Positions 1 to 9,537 of a stretch of 64,000 bases of DNA are shown piece by piece. Within the stretch, counting starts at the first letter, position 1. Each line of letters opens with the position of its first letter. The stretch is from an uncultured delta proteobacterium (lineage in GTDB: Bacteria > Desulfobacterota > Binatia > Binatales > Binataceae): the NCBI GenBank assembly GCA_963724765.1, contig CAVRVY010000004.1, positions 1,472,001-1,536,000 on the forward strand. The letters run 5' to 3'. A program made the translations under genes and the position numbers. The notes beneath the pieces are model-generated. The model was not told where the DNA came from and did not search any database. It saw nothing but the letters and a program-made list of their open reading frames with translations.

Positions 1-1
1 C

Positions 2-97
2 GGCCCGATGGTGTTTATCGTCATAAGCTCGACCCTCAGGAAACAGAACGGCGAACTGGCCGCGCGCATCGATTATCGCTTCACGAATCCACTGTAG
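2..97 (+). CDS. 3' end of MaoC/FAS1-like dehydratase (partial, runs off window)
   Basis: Frame 2 reads GPMVFIVISSTLRKQNGELAARIDYRFTNPL*, typical of a hot-dog dehydratase C-terminal strand. Confidence 0.55.
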   Translation, partial: GPMVFIVISSTLRKQNGELAARIDYRFTNPL

Positions 98-114
98 CGC
101 CCGCAATCCGTGAT

Positions 115-685
115 CTAGCTCGGCGACGAGAGATTTTCGGCGGGAACCACGACGCTGGGGTTCGGCGTCTGGACTTCGACCTGGGCTTCGGCCTTAACTC
201 CGCTCGGCAGGTATGGTAGGACGCTGAGCCAGGCCAAAGGCGGACCAAGAAGCAGCGCTACGGTTGCGTATAGCCAGGGCACAAACAAAGCAGGAATCGT
301 GGTGACCTGCGCCGCCAGGGCAACCCCCACGTAACAGGCAAAGCCGAAGAAAATCCCTGGAATCAGCCCAAAGACCGGAATCCGCGCAAGGTAGAACAGA
401 CCGAGCGCCATTACGAATATGATGAGGCTGTTGGCGAGCGCCACCGAGCCCACGATTGGATCGATCTTGAAAGTAAGCGCGAAGAAGATAGCGCCGGCGA
501 CGGTACCGACGATCAGGGTCGGGTACAGCTTCTTGATGCCCTCCATGTTCGGAGCGATCAGAAAAGCGCCGGCCCAGGTGACGTAGGTCGCCCATTATCG
601 GCAGCTTGGTGTAGATGGAGAGCGGGATGGTGAGAGCTGCAAGAGCGGCGATAAACCATTCCATGGGAATGGGGTTCTTTTGCAT
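115..685 (-). pseudogene. DUF1097-like membrane protein, split by a +1 frameshift at ~595
   Basis: Removing one A in CCG ATA A TGG joins MQKNPIPMEW...KLPI to WATYVTWAGAFLIAPNMEGIKK...; hydrophobic throughout, with PGIFFGFACY motif. Confidence 0.65.
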
Positions 686-848
686 CGCGCAATTCTCCCT
701 TCTCTCAGAGATTCGCGGCGACCCCTGTGGAACCGAGTCTGTTGGCGCGACCGCGCGGCACGACCACGTCGTCGATTACTCGCATACCTACGTAGCTTCT
801 CCGCTTGCGTCAAGTGCTACGCAGCCCCAGGTTTAGAGCTGTTCGATT

Positions 849-1316
849 CTACTTCTTTGCTGGCGGACGGGTCATGCTGCCCATCGCCTGCGCCCCAGTC
901 ACTTTGACCGGGTACTGGGAATAGTTGGCCTTGAGCTCGATCATGTATTGATCCGGATCGAGAATATATATCGAGGTCCCGAACCCGGTCGCACCATAGA
1001 GTTCGCGAAGCGGTGAAGCCGTTTCAACCTTCTTCTCGGCCAGATATTCGACGATTTTGTTCATGTCGCCGCGAATGCTCAGGCAGAGATGATCGATGCC
1101 CCGCTGCGTTCCCTGACCCAGACTGGCGCCTGCGGGCAGCACGCAGAGGTCGATCAGGTTTCTGCCGCAACGAAGCTGATAGATGCCGACGTCATCGATG
1201 ATCCTTTCCAGGCTCAGCCCAAGTACGTCCACATAGAAGCCCAGGCTGCGTTTTATATCCGTCACTCGCAGGACCGCGTGATCGATTCCGTCGAATTCCA
1301 AAGGACGTGTCGACAT
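849..1316 (-). CDS. VOC/glyoxalase family protein
   Basis: IDHAVLRVTD, IDHLCL and YILDPDQYMIEL motifs. Confidence 0.9.
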   Translation of the reverse strand: MSTRPLEFDGIDHAVLRVTDIKRSLGFYVDVLGLSLERIIDDVGIYQLRCGRNLIDLCVLPAGASLGQGTQRGIDHLCLSIRGDMNKIVEYLAEKKVETASPLRELYGATGFGTSIYILDPDQYMIELKANYSQYPVKVTGAQAMGSMTRPPAKK

Positions 1317-1397
1317 GCCGACTTCCCCATTGTTGATGCCACATTGCCGGTCATGCGCCGACCGGGCTCTGCCGGATACCCTCTCCTGGCGTGACGT

Positions 1398-1871
1398 CTA
1401 CTTGAGTGCGACGACCAGTTGCTTGGCCCATCCTTCGTCATAAGGGACCGCCAGCCTCAGGTTGATCCGCAAGTGTTTATATTTCCACTGGCCATTGAGC
1501 TTTACGTACTCGTCCTTATATTGCAGCGCCAACCACCTCGCTTGTTGACCCTGACGAAACCTGAAAGGGCCCATGAAGTACCATTCGCCGGTCGCCGTGT
1601 CGCCATGGACTTCAATGATTGGATTCATGACATTGTGTTGCGAGAATTCGATCAGTTTTTGAAATCCCTGGAAAAGTTTGCGGATTTCCGCGTGCCCTCT
1701 GCCAGTCCCAAACTCGGCGCTTTCCCAGACCCCGTCCTCAGCGAACACGGAAGTGATTCTCTCTGGATTGTGGTCGTCGTCGCAGATCTCACAGTATCTG
1801 GCCTTAAGTTGTTTGATTGCCTCGATGTCTTCGAGGCGGGTCAATCGCCCCTCGATTCCCTCAAGATCCAT
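1398..1871 (-). CDS. SnoaL-like NTF2 family protein (LinA/BaiE-like)
   Basis: RLEDIEAIKQLKARYC, HNVMNPIIEV, YKDEYVK..GQWK; ATG at 1871 preceded by AGGAG. Confidence 0.88.
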   Translation of the reverse strand: MDLEGIEGRLTRLEDIEAIKQLKARYCEICDDDHNPERITSVFAEDGVWESAEFGTGRGHAEIRKLFQGFQKLIEFSQHNVMNPIIEVHGDTATGEWYFMGPFRFRQGQQARWLALQYKDEYVKLNGQWKYKHLRINLRLAVPYDEGWAKQLVVALK

Positions 1872-2241
1872 GCTTTGATCTCCTATGTTGGCATCTTTCC
1901 TTGCAGGCAAGCGGGGTTGCCGGGAAATGACCCCAGTTATCCACAGTCGTTCAGAGAGTGCCAGAGTCTCATCAACTGCAACCGTCGGCAATCACGCAGA
2001 AAATTTTCCTCCCGGCATGAGAAATAATTTCAAAGCATGGGTTCTCTTCTAACTCACTGAAGGCAAATGGAAGCAGACGAACGAACAGAGAATGAGTGCG
2101 CACTGACGTAAAGCAAATGCGCCAGTTCCAAGATTGTCGAAAGATCGACTGCAAATTTTTACAGCCGGGCACGTGATGGCGCGAGCTTCGCTCGCGATAT
2201 TCTGCATTTAAGTTCACAAATTGAGGCTGGCCTTAGCCTAT

Positions 2242-2257
2242 TGGCATGGTGTTTGCT
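2242..2257 (+). promoter_or_regulatory. sigma54-type -24/-12 promoter
   Basis: TGGCATGGTGTTTGCT (GG-N10-GC) about 30 nt upstream of the ExeA-like ATG. Confidence 0.65.
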
Positions 2258-2288
2258 CCAACCATCCAGCGGACAGGCACAAATTGCT

Positions 2289-3863
2289 ATGTACTACCAA
2301 CACTTCCGCCTGACGGGTCCGCCGTTCGAAGCCGCACCGGGTTCTGAAGCGCTCTACCTGAGTCGAGCTCATCGCGAGAGCCTGGCAGCGCTGGAGTGGG
2401 GTTTGCTGCACGAGCCGAGCGGCTTCACCACGCTCACGGGTGAGACCGGAACGGGCAAAACCACCTTGGTGTGCTCCATACTCGCGCGCAATTTCGCACA
2501 GCTGCGCGCCGCATACGTGATTAATCCGAGGCTCTCGTTCGAGGACATGTTACGAGTCGTTCTCGGACAGTTCGGCGTTCAGTATGCGGGAACTACCAAG
2601 CTGGACCATATCGAAGCACTTGTCGGCTTTCTCGAGCGTCGGCCGCCGCAAGAACGGCTGGCAATCATCGTCGACGAGGCCCAGGACCTGAGTGACGACG
2701 CTCTCGAAGAGCTTCGCCTGTTATCGAATTATGGCCAGCAGCTCGGCAGATATCTGCAGCTCGTCCTGGTCGCGCAACCTGAACTGGCCGTGCGCCTGAA
2801 GCTCCCGTCGTTGCGTCAATTCAATCAGCGAGTCGCCGCTCGCTCGGTGCTTAGCCGGTTGAGTTTCGATGAAGCTCATGAATACCTCGGCTATCGGTTG
2901 CGGGCGAAGAATGGACGCTCGAGGGACATCTTCGATTCGGACGCTCTTGCCTATCTGCTTCGCCACAGCGATGGCATCCCTCGGCAAATAAATGTGCTAT
3001 GCCACAACGCTATGCTGCTGGCGTATTCATCTGGAAAGCTGCGCGTCGATCGCGATACCGCCAGGGCGGCTGTGGCCGAGTATGGCGACTCGCTATTGAG
3101 CGGATTTGGAGTACCGGCTATTGCGCGAAAGTGGGACCGATCTATGTCCGTTGGCGCGGCTGCGTTGGGTCTGCTTCTGTTCGCCGGGTATGCCTACAAG
3201 GAGACGCCCAAGGATATGCCGCGGACCAACCGCAACGCGCCAGTCACAGTCGCGCTGGAGTCAAAAGCACCCCCCAAGGAGATAGCGAAACCAGTAGCGG
3301 TCAGCGCAGCGCCCTTGCCGGCGGCCTCGCCCGCCGCACGATCAACCTCGGAAAATCCGAAGCAGGACGCTTCGAGCAAGCGACCGGAAATAGCAACTTC
3401 CTACCCTCAAAAGACGCAACTGGATACCAGTGCCGCGATCATCCTGCCTGCTCTGTTGCCTGTCGAGTCAGCCATGGAGCAGGAAGAGGGCAGCGCCCGG
3501 CAAGCAGTTCACATATCGATGCTATCTCCTGCGCCAGTGGTCGATCAGAAGCGCGGCATTATGCAGAAGCGCGGCATTACGGTCAGGTATGGAGACACGC
3601 TCGAACAATTGTCGCTTCGGTATCTTGGCTCACGATCCGCAATGAATGAGCTCATAGACGCTAATCCGCAGATAACGGATATCAATAAAATATACGCTGG
3701 TCAGGAAATCCATTTGCCCGCCGGACCTCATTCAGGCGCCAGCGGGATATCCACTGCCCAGGCCACGCCTCGACGATCGGCTTCCTACGTCAGCGACACC
3801 GCGCGCGGCGATGGCCCGAATGGCTTCGATGCTACACGCACTGCCGGGGTTGACGAAAAATAA
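2289..3863 (+). CDS. ExeA/GspA-family AAA ATPase with TM segment, Pro/Ala linker and C-terminal LysM
   Basis: MYYQHFRL..PF, Walker A GETGTGKTT, IIVDEAQ, LVLVAQPEL, GIPRQINVLC; LysM TVRYGDTL..ANPQITDINKIYAGQEIHLP. Confidence 0.88.
   Translation: MYYQHFRLTGPPFEAAPGSEALYLSRAHRESLAALEWGLLHEPSGFTTLTGETGTGKTTLVCSILARNFAQLRAAYVINPRLSFEDMLRVVLGQFGVQYAGTTKLDHIEALVGFLERRPPQERLAIIVDEAQDLSDDALEELRLLSNYGQQLGRYLQLVLVAQPELAVRLKLPSLRQFNQRVAARSVLSRLSFDEAHEYLGYRLRAKNGRSRDIFDSDALAYLLRHSDGIPRQINVLCHNAMLLAYSSGKLRVDRDTARAAVAEYGDSLLSGFGVPAIARKWDRSMSVGAAALGLLLFAGYAYKETPKDMPRTNRNAPVTVALESKAPPKEIAKPVAVSAAPLPAASPAARSTSENPKQDASSKRPEIATSYPQKTQLDTSAAIILPALLPVESAMEQEEGSARQAVHISMLSPAPVVDQKRGIMQKRGITVRYGDTLEQLSLRYLGSRSAMNELIDANPQITDINKIYAGQEIHLPAGPHSGASGISTAQATPRRSASYVSDTARGDGPNGFDATRTAGVDEK
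3546..3581 (+). repeat. 18-bp in-frame tandem duplication (QKRGIM/QKRGIT)
   Basis: CAGAAGCGCGGCATTATG CAGAAGCGCGGCATTACG. Confidence 0.9.
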
Positions 3864-4042
3864 AACTTGAAGTTTGGCGTCCACGAACGCGCGCCGGGTA
3901 AAGCCACCAGGCCGTGTGGATGCTGACCGGGCGCATGAACGCGCCCAGCCGCATTGACGCGACGCTGTCATTGTCTGACGCTAGGGTCGAGCGCTGGATG
4001 GGATCATTTCGCGTTTTCCAGACTCCGAGATTCGTGCGCAGG

Positions 4043-5242
4043 TCAGAGCGACGAAAGCGCGCGCATTGTTCTCGCGACGGACTGTATCACTCCCGGTCCG
4101 AGAGCGTTGCTGAACTGCGAGCGGTTCCCCTGCTCTTGTCCCAGCCGCGCAAGATTCTCTCCCAGTTCCATTTGCGTCGGTTCCCAGTGACGCAATGCCG
4201 CAGCTACGTCGCGCCCATGCGCGCGCAGGCCGCGGCCTAGAGCGACGGCATTGGCACACGCCTTGTACGTGCTTGCCGCCGGGTGCGGGCGTGGAACGAA
4301 AGCCGCGTCGCCGAGCAGGCAGACGCGCCCAAAGGCCATCCGCGGCACCGAGAGATCGTAAATGGGCTGGATGAATGGTTCTGCTGTGACGGCGAACAGA
4401 CGCTGGAAGATTTCCGGTAAGACGCGAGCCGCCACCTCACGCTGGCGGCGCCAGAGCGCCGGTTCGACGGCGCCCTGGGGCACTGAGTAGTCGTGAATCA
4501 GTCCGCTTCGATCGGTGAGAGTTTCCCGAAGCTGTTCGCCTTCGGGCACATTCCAGTACCATACCCAGTTGACCCGACGCTCGCCCGCAGCGGTCTCACC
4601 CGCTGGCCCGGGAACGAAATAGCTCAACATCTGGGTATGTCGGGCGTGGAAGAAGGTGAACTTCTCCGCCAGGAGATCGCCCGCCCAATCGGTCACCTCG
4701 CGCTCGCCGACCATCCCGCGCCAGGCCACATAGCCGGCGTAGCGGGCAGCTACGTCAGGCAGCAGCAGGCGGCGCGCCGTCGAGTTTGCGCCGTCGGCGC
4801 ATACGAGCAGATCGCAGGCTTGCTCGCGGCCGTCCTCGAGGCCGGCGTACACCCGATCGATGTGCTGCCGGATTTCCATGAGCCGGGTTCCATAATGGTA
4901 ATGAGCTTGGGGAAAGGCGCGCTTGAGGTGACGGTAGAGCGAGTCCCAGGAGGTCATTAGCTGGGGGCTGCTCTCGGTCCAGGTAACGCTTCCGTCGCGA
5001 GCCAGAAGCTGTCTCGCCCACGAGCGCACGCCGAGATCATCGGGAATAGCGCCGCAGTGCTCCGTGACGAAGTCAAGCACCTCGTCCTGAACCACCAGGC
5101 CTGCGCCTCGTTCCTGCATTTCGCGCGGCGATTTCTCGAAAATCTCGACTGCGCAGCCGGCGTCACGCAGGACCAGGCCCGCAAAGAGACCCGCCATCGA
5201 TCCGCCGATGACTATAGCGTCGAGCGGTTTTGATTCGTCCAC
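4043..5242 (-). CDS. FAD-dependent monooxygenase (2,6-dihydroxypyridine 3-hydroxylase-like)
   Basis: IGGSMAGL, ADGANS, YAGYVAWRG, NWVWY, LLGDAAFVPRPH; GTG start at 5242 inferred. Confidence 0.85.
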   Translation of the reverse strand: MDESKPLDAIVIGGSMAGLFAGLVLRDAGCAVEIFEKSPREMQERGAGLVVQDEVLDFVTEHCGAIPDDLGVRSWARQLLARDGSVTWTESSPQLMTSWDSLYRHLKRAFPQAHYHYGTRLMEIRQHIDRVYAGLEDGREQACDLLVCADGANSTARRLLLPDVAARYAGYVAWRGMVGEREVTDWAGDLLAEKFTFFHARHTQMLSYFVPGPAGETAAGERRVNWVWYWNVPEGEQLRETLTDRSGLIHDYSVPQGAVEPALWRRQREVAARVLPEIFQRLFAVTAEPFIQPIYDLSVPRMAFGRVCLLGDAAFVPRPHPAASTYKACANAVALGRGLRAHGRDVAAALRHWEPTQMELGENLARLGQEQGNRSQFSNALGPGVIQSVARTMRALSSL

Positions 5243-5418
5243 GGCGAGGTCAAATCTCTCAACCCAGACCAGGAAGTTGAACAGGTACGAATCCCGGGCC
5301 ATAGTTCGCGCCGCACGGAAAAATGTCAAGTATGAGCGTTTATCCGGATCAGCGGACGGATGCAGGCGAAAGCAAAGGCTCGCTATACCACGAGCCGAGC
5401 ACAGGGTATCATCGGGTC

Positions 5419-7452
5419 GTGAGCGCCACGATCCGCACCATGTGTCCCATGAATTGCTTTCCCACGTTGTGCGGGATGCTGGCCGAGGTTGAGGACGGAC
5501 AGCTCGTCGGCGTCCACGGCGACCCGGACAACCCGGACAGCCGCGGCTTCTTGTGTATCCGCGGTCAGGCCTCGCGCGAGATCATTGGCAACCCGCGCCG
5601 CCTGCTGATGCCGCTCCTGCGCGCGCGACGTGGCAACGAGTTGCGCCGCGCCTCGTGGGACGAGGCGCTGGATCTCATCGCCACGCGGATGCGCACGGCG
5701 GGGCGCGAGGCCGTCGGCACCTGGGCGGGGCATGGGCTTTTCGCCAACAACTATGGCACTCGCGTCGGATCGCATCTGGTGCGCCGCTTCTCGAACCTCT
5801 ACGGCTGTCAGTGGTGGAACCCGACGATGATTTGCTGGGGCCTCGGCGCCTTCGGCCTGGGCCTCACCGGCATCCTCGAGACCAACACCAAGGAGGACAT
5901 GGGCGCGCACGCAGCACTGATCCTGCTCTGGGGCGCAAACCTCGCGAGCCAGCCGAACACGGCGCGCCACCTCGTGTCCGCCAGGCGGCGCGGCGCGCAC
6001 GTCGTCACGATCGACGTGCGCCGCACCGAAGCGGCGGTGCAGTCCGACGAGACGCTCGTGATCCGTCCCGGGACCGACGCCGCGCTCGCGCTCGGCATGA
6101 TGCACGTCGTCGTCCGCGAGCGGCTGTATGACGCGGAGTTCGTGGCCCGCAACACCGTCGGTTTCGACGCGCTCGCGGCGCACCTCGAAGAGCACTCGCC
6201 ACAGTGGGCTGCCGGCATCACCGGTATCGCGACCGAGCGGATCACCGCCCTCGCACGGCGCTATGCGACGACGAAGCCGGCGATGCTCGTCCTCGGCGGC
6301 AGCTCTATGCACAAGGGCAGCAACGGCTGGCAGGGGGCGCGCGCTATTGGATGCCTTCCCGCGCTCACTGGCAACGTCGGCGTGCCTGGCGGCGGCTTCG
6401 GCCCGCGTCACGGCAGCGCCGTGCATGGCCAGGCGCTCAACAACGATCTGCTCGCGCTCGACCGGCGCCCGGCCGGACGGTACAGCCCGAACCAGATGCC
6501 GCGCATCACCGAAGCTTTGCTCGACGGCGACGTGCGCGTGCTCCTGCTGTTCGGCACCGACATGCTGTCGTCCTACGCTGACGCCGGAAGCCTGGCTGAA
6601 GGGCTGGCGCGCACCGACCTCGTGGTAAGTTACGACCTCTTCATGAACGATACCGCGCGGCGCTTCGCCGACGTCGTCCTGCCGGCCACGGCATGGCTGG
6701 AGGAGCTGGGCTGCAAGAGTACCAACACGCACCTGTACCTGATGCCGAAGGTGTTGGAGGCCGCCGGTGAAACACGGCCTATCGGGTGGGTGCTGAGCGA
6801 GCTGGCGCAGCGGCTGGGAGTGGCGGACTTCTATCCGTGGAAGAACGCGGAGGGACCGATCGACGCTATCCTCGATCATCCGGCGACCGGCCACGCGACG
6901 GTGGCAGCGCTGCGGGCTGAAGGCGGCATCCGCGCGCTGAACATTTCGCACGTGGCCCATCCCGATCTGCGCTTCCCGACGCCGTCCGGCAAAATCGAAC
7001 TGTACTCGGAGCGCGCGAAGGAGCTGGGGCTGCCGGCGCTGCCAGTGCATGAAGAGCACGAAAATCTTGCGGCGCAAGGCTACCCGCTCAGGTTCCGCCA
7101 GGGCCGCACGCTGACGCAATTCCACGGCTTCTATGATCACGGCCGCGCGCTGCCGACGCTCGCCGCCGCGGACCCGGAGCCCTTGTTGTGGATCTCGCGA
7201 GACGACGCGGCCGAGCGCGGCGTGAAGGACGGCGATGCAATCCGCGTTTACAACCAGCGCGGCGAGATGCAGGCGCGCGCGTGCGTGACCGACGATGTCC
7301 CGCCGGGCACCGTCTGGATGCGCGACGGATGGCTCGGACTCAACACGCTCACCGACGGCGCTGCGGTGATCCCTGATGAAGCGGTCGATGTCTTCGGCTT
7401 CTCTGGCGGTCAGGCGAGCTTCGACGCCGGCGTAGAGGTCGCGCCGCGCTAG
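5419..7452 (+). CDS. Molybdopterin (bis-PGD) oxidoreductase, single subunit
   Basis: CPMNC..LC...C Fe-S motif, SWDEAL, IRPGTDAALALG, ADVVLPA, TPSGKIEL, C-terminal dinucleotide-binding domain. Confidence 0.92.
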   Translation: MSATIRTMCPMNCFPTLCGMLAEVEDGQLVGVHGDPDNPDSRGFLCIRGQASREIIGNPRRLLMPLLRARRGNELRRASWDEALDLIATRMRTAGREAVGTWAGHGLFANNYGTRVGSHLVRRFSNLYGCQWWNPTMICWGLGAFGLGLTGILETNTKEDMGAHAALILLWGANLASQPNTARHLVSARRRGAHVVTIDVRRTEAAVQSDETLVIRPGTDAALALGMMHVVVRERLYDAEFVARNTVGFDALAAHLEEHSPQWAAGITGIATERITALARRYATTKPAMLVLGGSSMHKGSNGWQGARAIGCLPALTGNVGVPGGGFGPRHGSAVHGQALNNDLLALDRRPAGRYSPNQMPRITEALLDGDVRVLLLFGTDMLSSYADAGSLAEGLARTDLVVSYDLFMNDTARRFADVVLPATAWLEELGCKSTNTHLYLMPKVLEAAGETRPIGWVLSELAQRLGVADFYPWKNAEGPIDAILDHPATGHATVAALRAEGGIRALNISHVAHPDLRFPTPSGKIELYSERAKELGLPALPVHEEHENLAAQGYPLRFRQGRTLTQFHGFYDHGRALPTLAAADPEPLLWISRDDAAERGVKDGDAIRVYNQRGEMQARACVTDDVPPGTVWMRDGWLGLNTLTDGAAVIPDEAVDVFGFSGGQASFDAGVEVAPR

Positions 7453-7492
7453 CGTTGTCGCGGTATACCCGTCGCGGGCGTGGCGCTGCAGC

Positions 7493-7867
7493 TCAGATCC
7501 AACTGCCGAGCGCGATACCCGCGATCGCGGCGACGCCACCGGTCACCACACTTCCAATCAGGTAGACCGCTCCCAGCAGCATTTCACCATCCTGAACCAG
7601 CCGAACAGATTCATACTCAAAGGTCGAAAAGGTCGTATAGCCGCCGACCACGCCAACCGCAAAGAAGAGTCGCCAATAGGGACTCAACGAAACGCGCTCC
7701 TGCGCGTAGGCAAGAAAGAGCCCGATGATAAAGCTGCCCGTCACATTGATCGCAAACGTTCCGTATGGAAACGCGGCGCCAAACCGGGCTGCAAACCATC
7801 CGCCCAGCAGATAGCGAGTAGCCGAACCGATGGCCCCGCCTAGCGCGACGAGCAATACTCCCAGCAC
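7493..7867 (-). CDS. crcB: Fluoride channel Fluc/CrcB
   Basis: GGAIGSATRY, PYGTFAINVTGSF, GGYTTFSTF signature. Confidence 0.96.
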   Translation of the reverse strand: MLGVLLVALGGAIGSATRYLLGGWFAARFGAAFPYGTFAINVTGSFIIGLFLAYAQERVSLSPYWRLFFAVGVVGGYTTFSTFEYESVRLVQDGEMLLGAVYLIGSVVTGGVAAIAGIALGSWI

Positions 7868-7893
7868 TCTTTAAATCCTTCCCTGCTTTTTCG

Positions 7894-9177
7894 TCAGGTC
7901 AGCAGCGCCCGCATCATCTCGGTCCGTCCCACGATCCCCACCAGCTCGCCGTCAGCGTTTATCACGGGCAGCCGCTTGACCCGTTTTTCCGCCGAGAGCG
8001 CCAGCGCGCTGGCGACCGGCATCTTGTCCAGCACGGTGATCACGTCGCGGGTCATAAAATCCTTCGCTGAGCGGGCGCGCAGCTTCTGAATATGCTCGCG
8101 CGACTCACTGCTGACTCTGCCGATTGGGACCTTCGAGATGAGAACCTCAATGATCCCCGGCCAGCTCTCGCGGCTTACCCTGGAGATCAGATCGGAGTCG
8201 GCGATAATCCCGACCACATGTCGCCTGTCATCAAGGACCACCACGCGCTTGTGCGACGACGATAACAGCAGTTCGAAGATTTCCTCGACGGTGGCTGAAT
8301 CGTGTACGGTTGGAACCTCGCGCGTCATCACGTCGGAGACTGTCGCCTGCTCACCGGCGGGATGTGCCGCGGGATGCCATTGGGGCAGATGGACGGCCGC
8401 GATGGTATTTAAAATGTCCAGTCGGCCCAGGATACCCATTAGCTTTCCATCGCTATCCACCACCGGCAGGCGTTTGAGATGTTTTTCGACCATCAGCCTG
8501 GCAGCCCGGGCAATAATGGCGTCCGGACCAATCGTCACCACTTCACGCGTCATCACCTCCGACACTTTGTGGTCGGGGTTCTCGAGCGACTCGTGAAGCC
8601 CGCGCACGTAGTCCAAATCGGTCGCCTTTTTCAAACTGATCGTGACGGTCATCCCGCCGCGCGTCAGCAGGTCATTGTCACTGACCATTCCGATGACTTT
8701 GCCCTGGTCGTCGAGTACGGGCACCGCGGTGAAGCCCTTGTCCAACAGCAGTTCAACGACCTTGGTGATTGGGCTGTCGGAATGCACCGTGGCGACTTCC
8801 CGGTGCATTACCTCTGAAACCTTCACGTCGGGCAGGCCTTCCTTGAAGGGCGCTCCGGATTGGACAACTTCCACCTCTTGAACCGTGATGAGCGCGCTCG
8901 GAGCCATTTCGCGCAAGGGGCCGATGATGCAATCGATCCGTTCGGGGCGGTCCACGACGATGATCACGACCGGGAGATCCATCGACAGTCGAAGGATCGC
9001 GGCAGTGTGAATCAGCGACGACAAGCCAAACCCTGCAACGCCGCGGACGACCGTGGCGCCGCTGCATCCCTCGCGCCGAAGCATTTCCATGATCGCCATG
9101 TACAGTGCCTGGTGATGGTATTTCTCGGTTTCGCTGATGAAGATGGTGAGTTCTTTGCCCCTTCCCGTGAACATCAT
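7894..9177 (-). CDS. DUF190 (PII-like) domain fused to four CBS domains
   Basis: GATVVRGVAGFG..IH...LS.DLPVVI then repeated VSEVM.REV.TV / RLPV.D..G..VGI CBS motifs. Confidence 0.88.
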   Translation of the reverse strand: MMFTGRGKELTIFISETEKYHHQALYMAIMEMLRREGCSGATVVRGVAGFGLSSLIHTAAILRLSMDLPVVIIVVDRPERIDCIIGPLREMAPSALITVQEVEVVQSGAPFKEGLPDVKVSEVMHREVATVHSDSPITKVVELLLDKGFTAVPVLDDQGKVIGMVSDNDLLTRGGMTVTISLKKATDLDYVRGLHESLENPDHKVSEVMTREVVTIGPDAIIARAARLMVEKHLKRLPVVDSDGKLMGILGRLDILNTIAAVHLPQWHPAAHPAGEQATVSDVMTREVPTVHDSATVEEIFELLLSSSHKRVVVLDDRRHVVGIIADSDLISRVSRESWPGIIEVLISKVPIGRVSSESREHIQKLRARSAKDFMTRDVITVLDKMPVASALALSAEKRVKRLPVINADGELVGIVGRTEMMRALLT

Positions 9178-9263
9178 AACCGACCTCCGGGCTCAGACTT
9201 TACGCGGGTGCAAACCTGCGCATCGTTCATCCGAAAGTCTACCAGATGCTGGATGTTGCGAAT

Positions 9264-9297
9264 CAAAAGGACTCTGTCCCTTCCGGCAGAGTCCTTT
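9264..9297 (-). terminator. Second hairpin/terminator in the fluoride operon leader
   Basis: AAAGGACTCTG-N10-CAGAGTCCTTT; the minus-strand 3' arm ends in TTTT. Confidence 0.6.
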
Positions 9298-9300
9298 CGC

Positions 9301-9336
9301 AAAGAAAAGCCCTACCCGTGTCTTACACCAGTAGGG
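9301..9336 (-). terminator. Intrinsic terminator overlapping the riboswitch 3' end (expression platform)
   Basis: CCCTAC..GTAGGG stem followed by CTTTTCTTT on the minus strand. Confidence 0.7.
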
Positions 9337-9386
9337 GTCATCAGCTCACGCGGAGGAGCGGTTCTCGGTGGAACCCCATCACCGTT
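9329..9386 (-). ncRNA. Fluoride riboswitch (crcB motif)
   Basis: GGTGATGGGGTTCCACC-GAGAACCGC...GCTGATGACCCCTAC matches the consensus; lies upstream of DUF190/crcB. Confidence 0.93.
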
Positions 9387-9537
9387 TGCGCCCATATCAA
9401 ACGATAGAATGAGCCCGGCAGTCAAGACACTGTTGACATAACGCACTTGGGTTCGGCCGAGATCGACGAGGCTGCCGGTCCATGAGTGTGATCACAATCG
9501 GGCGCGACGTTGGTGTTCAGGAGGCTCGGCCCTGCGG

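Noticed and set aside
5383-7539. 718-aa minus-strand ORF
   Set aside because: Antisense shadow of the GC-rich molybdoenzyme gene; no recognisable motifs
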